Below, one piece after another: positions 34,892 to 37,754 of a DNA stretch of 37,754 bases. The notes beneath the pieces are model-generated. The model ran no database searches. It worked only from the letters and a program-made list of their open reading frames with translations, and was not told the DNA's origin. How positions within the stretch are numbered: the first letter of the stretch is position 1; every line of letters begins with the position of its first letter. The stretch is from an uncultured bacterium (lineage in GTDB: Bacteria > RBG-13-61-14 > DATKZS01): the NCBI GenBank assembly GCA_964650485.1, contig CAZYTX010000032.1, forward strand, positions 1-37,754. Reading direction: 5' to 3'. The position numbers were made by a program, and so were the translations under genes.

Positions 34892-37378
34892 ATGAAAAAC
34901 TCGGCGCTTTTCAAGAACTGGGGCACTTTCGCCAAGGGCATGGACAAGAAGAGCATGCACACCTCTTTTGCCAGCCACCTGGAGTACTCGCTTTCCAAGG
35001 ACCAGTACACCGCCACGTACTACGACCTCTACCACGCACTGGCCCTGGCGGTCCGGGACAGGCTGGTGGAGCGCTGGATACACACACAGCAGAGCTACTA
35101 CGCCCGCGACGTGAAAAGGGTCTACTACCTCTCCGCGGAGTACCTCATGGGCAGGGCCCTCATAAACAACCTCATAAACCTCGGCATCTACGAGGAGACG
35201 AAGAAGGCCATGGAGGAGCTACACCTCGACCTCTCCGAGCTCTCCGAGTACGAGCCCGACATGGGCCTGGGGAACGGCGGCCTGGGCAGGCTGGCGGCCT
35301 GCTTCATGGACTCCATGGCCACACTGGAGCTTCCCGCCTACGGCTACGGCATCCGCTACGAGTTCGGGATATTCGACCAGGTCATACGGGGGCTCAGGCA
35401 GGTGGAGCAGCCCGAGGAGTGGCTAAAGTACGGAAACCCCTGGGAGATACCCAGGCCGCAGCGCACATACACCGTCCGCTTCTACGGGCGCGTCAGGCAG
35501 GACGACCGCTCCGACGGCACCGTCGAGAACGAGTGGATTGACACCAGCGACGTGCTGGGCATGGCCTACGACATACCCATTGACGGGTACGGGAACAACA
35601 CCGTCAACACCCTGCGGCTGTGGGCGGCCCGGGCCTCCAAGGAGTTCGACCTGGAGTACTTCCAGCACGGCGACTACTTGAAGGCGGTCGAGGAGAAGAA
35701 CATATCCGAGAACATCTCCCGGGTGCTCTACCCCAACGACAACATCTTCGAGGGCAGGGAGCTTCGGCTCAAGCAGCAGTACTTCTTCGTCTCGTGCTCC
35801 ATCCAGGACATCGTGCGCAGGTACCTGGTCACCCACAAGAGGTTCGACAAGTTCCCGGAAAAGGCGGCCATACAGATGAACGACACCCACCCCGCGCTGG
35901 CCGTGGCCGAGCTCATGCGCATACTGGTGGACGAGCACGGCCTGGAATGGGAGCACGCATGGGACATAACGGTCAACGCCTGCGCCTACACCAACCACAC
36001 CCTGCTCTCCGAGGCCATGGAGAAGTGGCCGGTCTCGATGTTCGGAAGGCTGCTGCCCCGCATCCTCCAGATCATCTACGAGATCAACAGGCGCTTTCTG
36101 CGAAACGTCTCGGTGCGCTGGCTGAACGACGACCAGCGGCTCTCGCGAATGTCGCTTATCGAGGAGGGCAAGGAAAAACGCATCCGCATGGCGCACCTGG
36201 CCATAGTGGGCTCGCACTCGGTCAACGGGGTGGCGAAGCTGCACACGAAGCTCCTCAAAGAGCGCGAGTTCGCCGAATTCGACCGGATGTTCCCGGACAG
36301 GTTCAACAACAAGACAAACGGCATCACCCCCAGGAGGTGGCTGCTGACCGCAAACCCGGCGCTCTCCGCGCTCATAACAGAGCACATAGGCGGGGCCTGG
36401 ACAAAGGACCTCGCAGAGCTTGAAAAGATCGAGCCCCTGGCCGATGACCCATCATTCCAGGACGAGTTCAACCGGGTAAAGCAGGAAAACAAGGACCACC
36501 TGGCAAACACCGCAACAAAGCTAACCGGCTTCCAGGTGGACCCCCGGACCATGTTCGACGTGCAGGTGAAGCGCATCCACGAGTACAAAAGGCAGCTCAT
36601 GAACATCCTCCACGTTGCATGCTGCTGGCTGAGACTTAAAAAAGAGCCCGGCCTCGACATGCAGCCGCGCACCTTCTTCTTCGGGGGAAAGGCCGCGCCC
36701 AGCTACACCCGGGCCAAGATGATAATCCGGCTCATATGCCACGTGGCCGACATGATAAACCGCGACGACACCACCTCGGAGTTGATCAAGGTAATATTCC
36801 TCCCCAACTACTGCGTATCTTTGGCAGAGAAGATATTCCCCGCGGCCGAGCTCTCCGAGCAGATATCCACCGCGGGGTACGAGGCCTCCGGCACCGGCAA
36901 CATGAAGTTCGCATTGAACGGGGCACTGACCATCGGCACCCTGGACGGCGCCAACATCGAGATACGCGAGCAGGTGGGCGAGGACAACTTCTTCCTTTTC
37001 GGGCTCACAGCGGAGGAGGTGGCCTCCATGCGGGGCTCCTACTATCCGCGACAGTATTACGAGGGCAGCGCCGAGCTCCGCAGGGTCATGGACCTTGTAG
37101 GGGAGGGCTTCTTCTCGCCGGACGAGCCCGGGCTCTTCCGCGACCTCATGGGCTCCCTCATCGCGGACGACCAGTTCATGGTCCTGGCGGACTTCGAGGA
37201 CTACTGCCGATGCCACAGAGACGTTGACGAGGCTTACCGCGACCGCAAGGCATGGACAAAGAAGGCCATAATGAACGTTGCCAGGATCGGCAAGTTCTCC
37301 TCCGACCGCACCGTCTCCGAGTACAACAAGGACATCTGGAAAGCCGAGCCCATAAAGGTCACCAGGAACAACCTGTGA
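34892..37378 (+). CDS. glgP: Glycogen/alpha-glucan phosphorylase
   Basis: The PLP-site block EASGTGNMKFALNGALTIGTLDGANIEI and the 828-aa length match the GT35 family throughout. Confidence 0.9.
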   Translation: MKNSALFKNWGTFAKGMDKKSMHTSFASHLEYSLSKDQYTATYYDLYHALALAVRDRLVERWIHTQQSYYARDVKRVYYLSAEYLMGRALINNLINLGIYEETKKAMEELHLDLSELSEYEPDMGLGNGGLGRLAACFMDSMATLELPAYGYGIRYEFGIFDQVIRGLRQVEQPEEWLKYGNPWEIPRPQRTYTVRFYGRVRQDDRSDGTVENEWIDTSDVLGMAYDIPIDGYGNNTVNTLRLWAARASKEFDLEYFQHGDYLKAVEEKNISENISRVLYPNDNIFEGRELRLKQQYFFVSCSIQDIVRRYLVTHKRFDKFPEKAAIQMNDTHPALAVAELMRILVDEHGLEWEHAWDITVNACAYTNHTLLSEAMEKWPVSMFGRLLPRILQIIYEINRRFLRNVSVRWLNDDQRLSRMSLIEEGKEKRIRMAHLAIVGSHSVNGVAKLHTKLLKEREFAEFDRMFPDRFNNKTNGITPRRWLLTANPALSALITEHIGGAWTKDLAELEKIEPLADDPSFQDEFNRVKQENKDHLANTATKLTGFQVDPRTMFDVQVKRIHEYKRQLMNILHVACCWLRLKKEPGLDMQPRTFFFGGKAAPSYTRAKMIIRLICHVADMINRDDTTSELIKVIFLPNYCVSLAEKIFPAAELSEQISTAGYEASGTGNMKFALNGALTIGTLDGANIEIREQVGEDNFFLFGLTAEEVASMRGSYYPRQYYEGSAELRRVMDLVGEGFFSPDEPGLFRDLMGSLIADDQFMVLADFEDYCRCHRDVDEAYRDRKAWTKKAIMNVARIGKFSSDRTVSEYNKDIWKAEPIKVTRNNL

Positions 37379-37608
37379 AGACCCCATTCCATTCCATGAT
37401 CTGGTTTCCTGAAACATTATCATATTACACCCAGAAACCCGAAGGGTTTATATTCGAATAGACGTAGGCGCCAGCCTACGGGTGATGTGCACGGCAACGG
37501 GTCCCGTCCCCAAAGGGGGCGAACTAAAGCCCCTGGCTGGTCTTTCTTGTTATGCCCTTTGTCCGGCCCCTTCAGGGCCGAAGAAAATCTTGGGGGCCCT
37601 TTTCCCGT

Positions 37609-37681
37609 AGGCTGCACCTGCGGCTATTCAAATTGTTTCCCTTCGGGAAAAAACCGACCCAGGCTGCACCTGCGGCTATTC
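37609..37681. repeat. Two 21-nt direct repeats (AGGCTGCACCTGCGGCTATTC) separated by 31 nt
   Basis: Exact copies lie at 37609-37629 and 37661-37681, downstream of glgP among several short hairpins. Confidence 0.6.
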
Positions 37682-37754
37682 TCTCCTCTTTTGTTAACTT
37701 CATTTGGACGGAGATTCGGGGGTTTTGGGGAAATTCTAAAATGCCTTGTCAAGT

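Noticed and set aside
37609-37681. Two 21-nt direct repeats with a 31-nt spacer, which resemble a CRISPR unit
   Set aside because: There are only two copies, and the repeat is shorter than typical CRISPR repeats. No third repeat follows within the next 70 nt of the window, and no cas genes are nearby. I kept it as a generic direct repeat.

Overview
High-GC (~65%) bacterial chromosomal window, probably Gram-negative (a TonB gene is present). The conserved housekeeping genes are tilS, tmRNA (ssrA), a B12-binding radical-SAM/DUF2344 gene followed by RNase G, nadB, carB, a primary-like sigma-70 factor, a deoxynucleoside kinase and glycogen phosphorylase. Around them sit several accessory or decayed patches. 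(1) The left end is a mosaic. It holds an AT-rich flank, a truncated SplB-like radical-SAM gene, a ~60-bp decayed duplicate of the tilS 5' end, a RelE/ParE-RHH toxin-antitoxin pair and a tRNA(CAT) that ends 5 nt before tilS. (2) A sodium:solute-symporter gene remnant and a low-GC 5'-truncated ORF abut the 3' end of tmRNA, which is a classic island attachment site. (3) A long gene string runs from 14.7 to 19.8 kb on one strand. It comprises a coiled-coil protein, an SPFH/band-7 (COG4260-type) protein with three C-terminal zinc ribbons, a HEPN/MNT-like pair, and three tandem paralogous N-terminal zinc-ribbon proteins (two with C-terminal membrane anchors). This is my best candidate for an undescribed membrane-stress or defence module. 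(4) An 876-aa protein combines an N-terminal MshEN (c-di-GMP-binding) domain with a ~650-aa Pro/Glu-rich disordered region. (5) A DUF4258/DUF2283 pair lies at 23.7-24.1 kb, and a chimeric ORF at 29.4-29.7 kb is stitched from MNT, HEPN and DUF2283 fragments. (6) A family of CACACGG...CCGTGTG palindromic repeats (REP-like) has copies at 29.3 and 34.8 kb. (7) A lower-GC patch at 32.2-33.7 kb carries overlapping antisense ORFs, one beginning with a twin-arginine signal. Many long antisense ORFs in the six-frame track are high-GC artefacts and are not annotated. All calls rest on reading the sequence and on motif recognition; no database searches were run.
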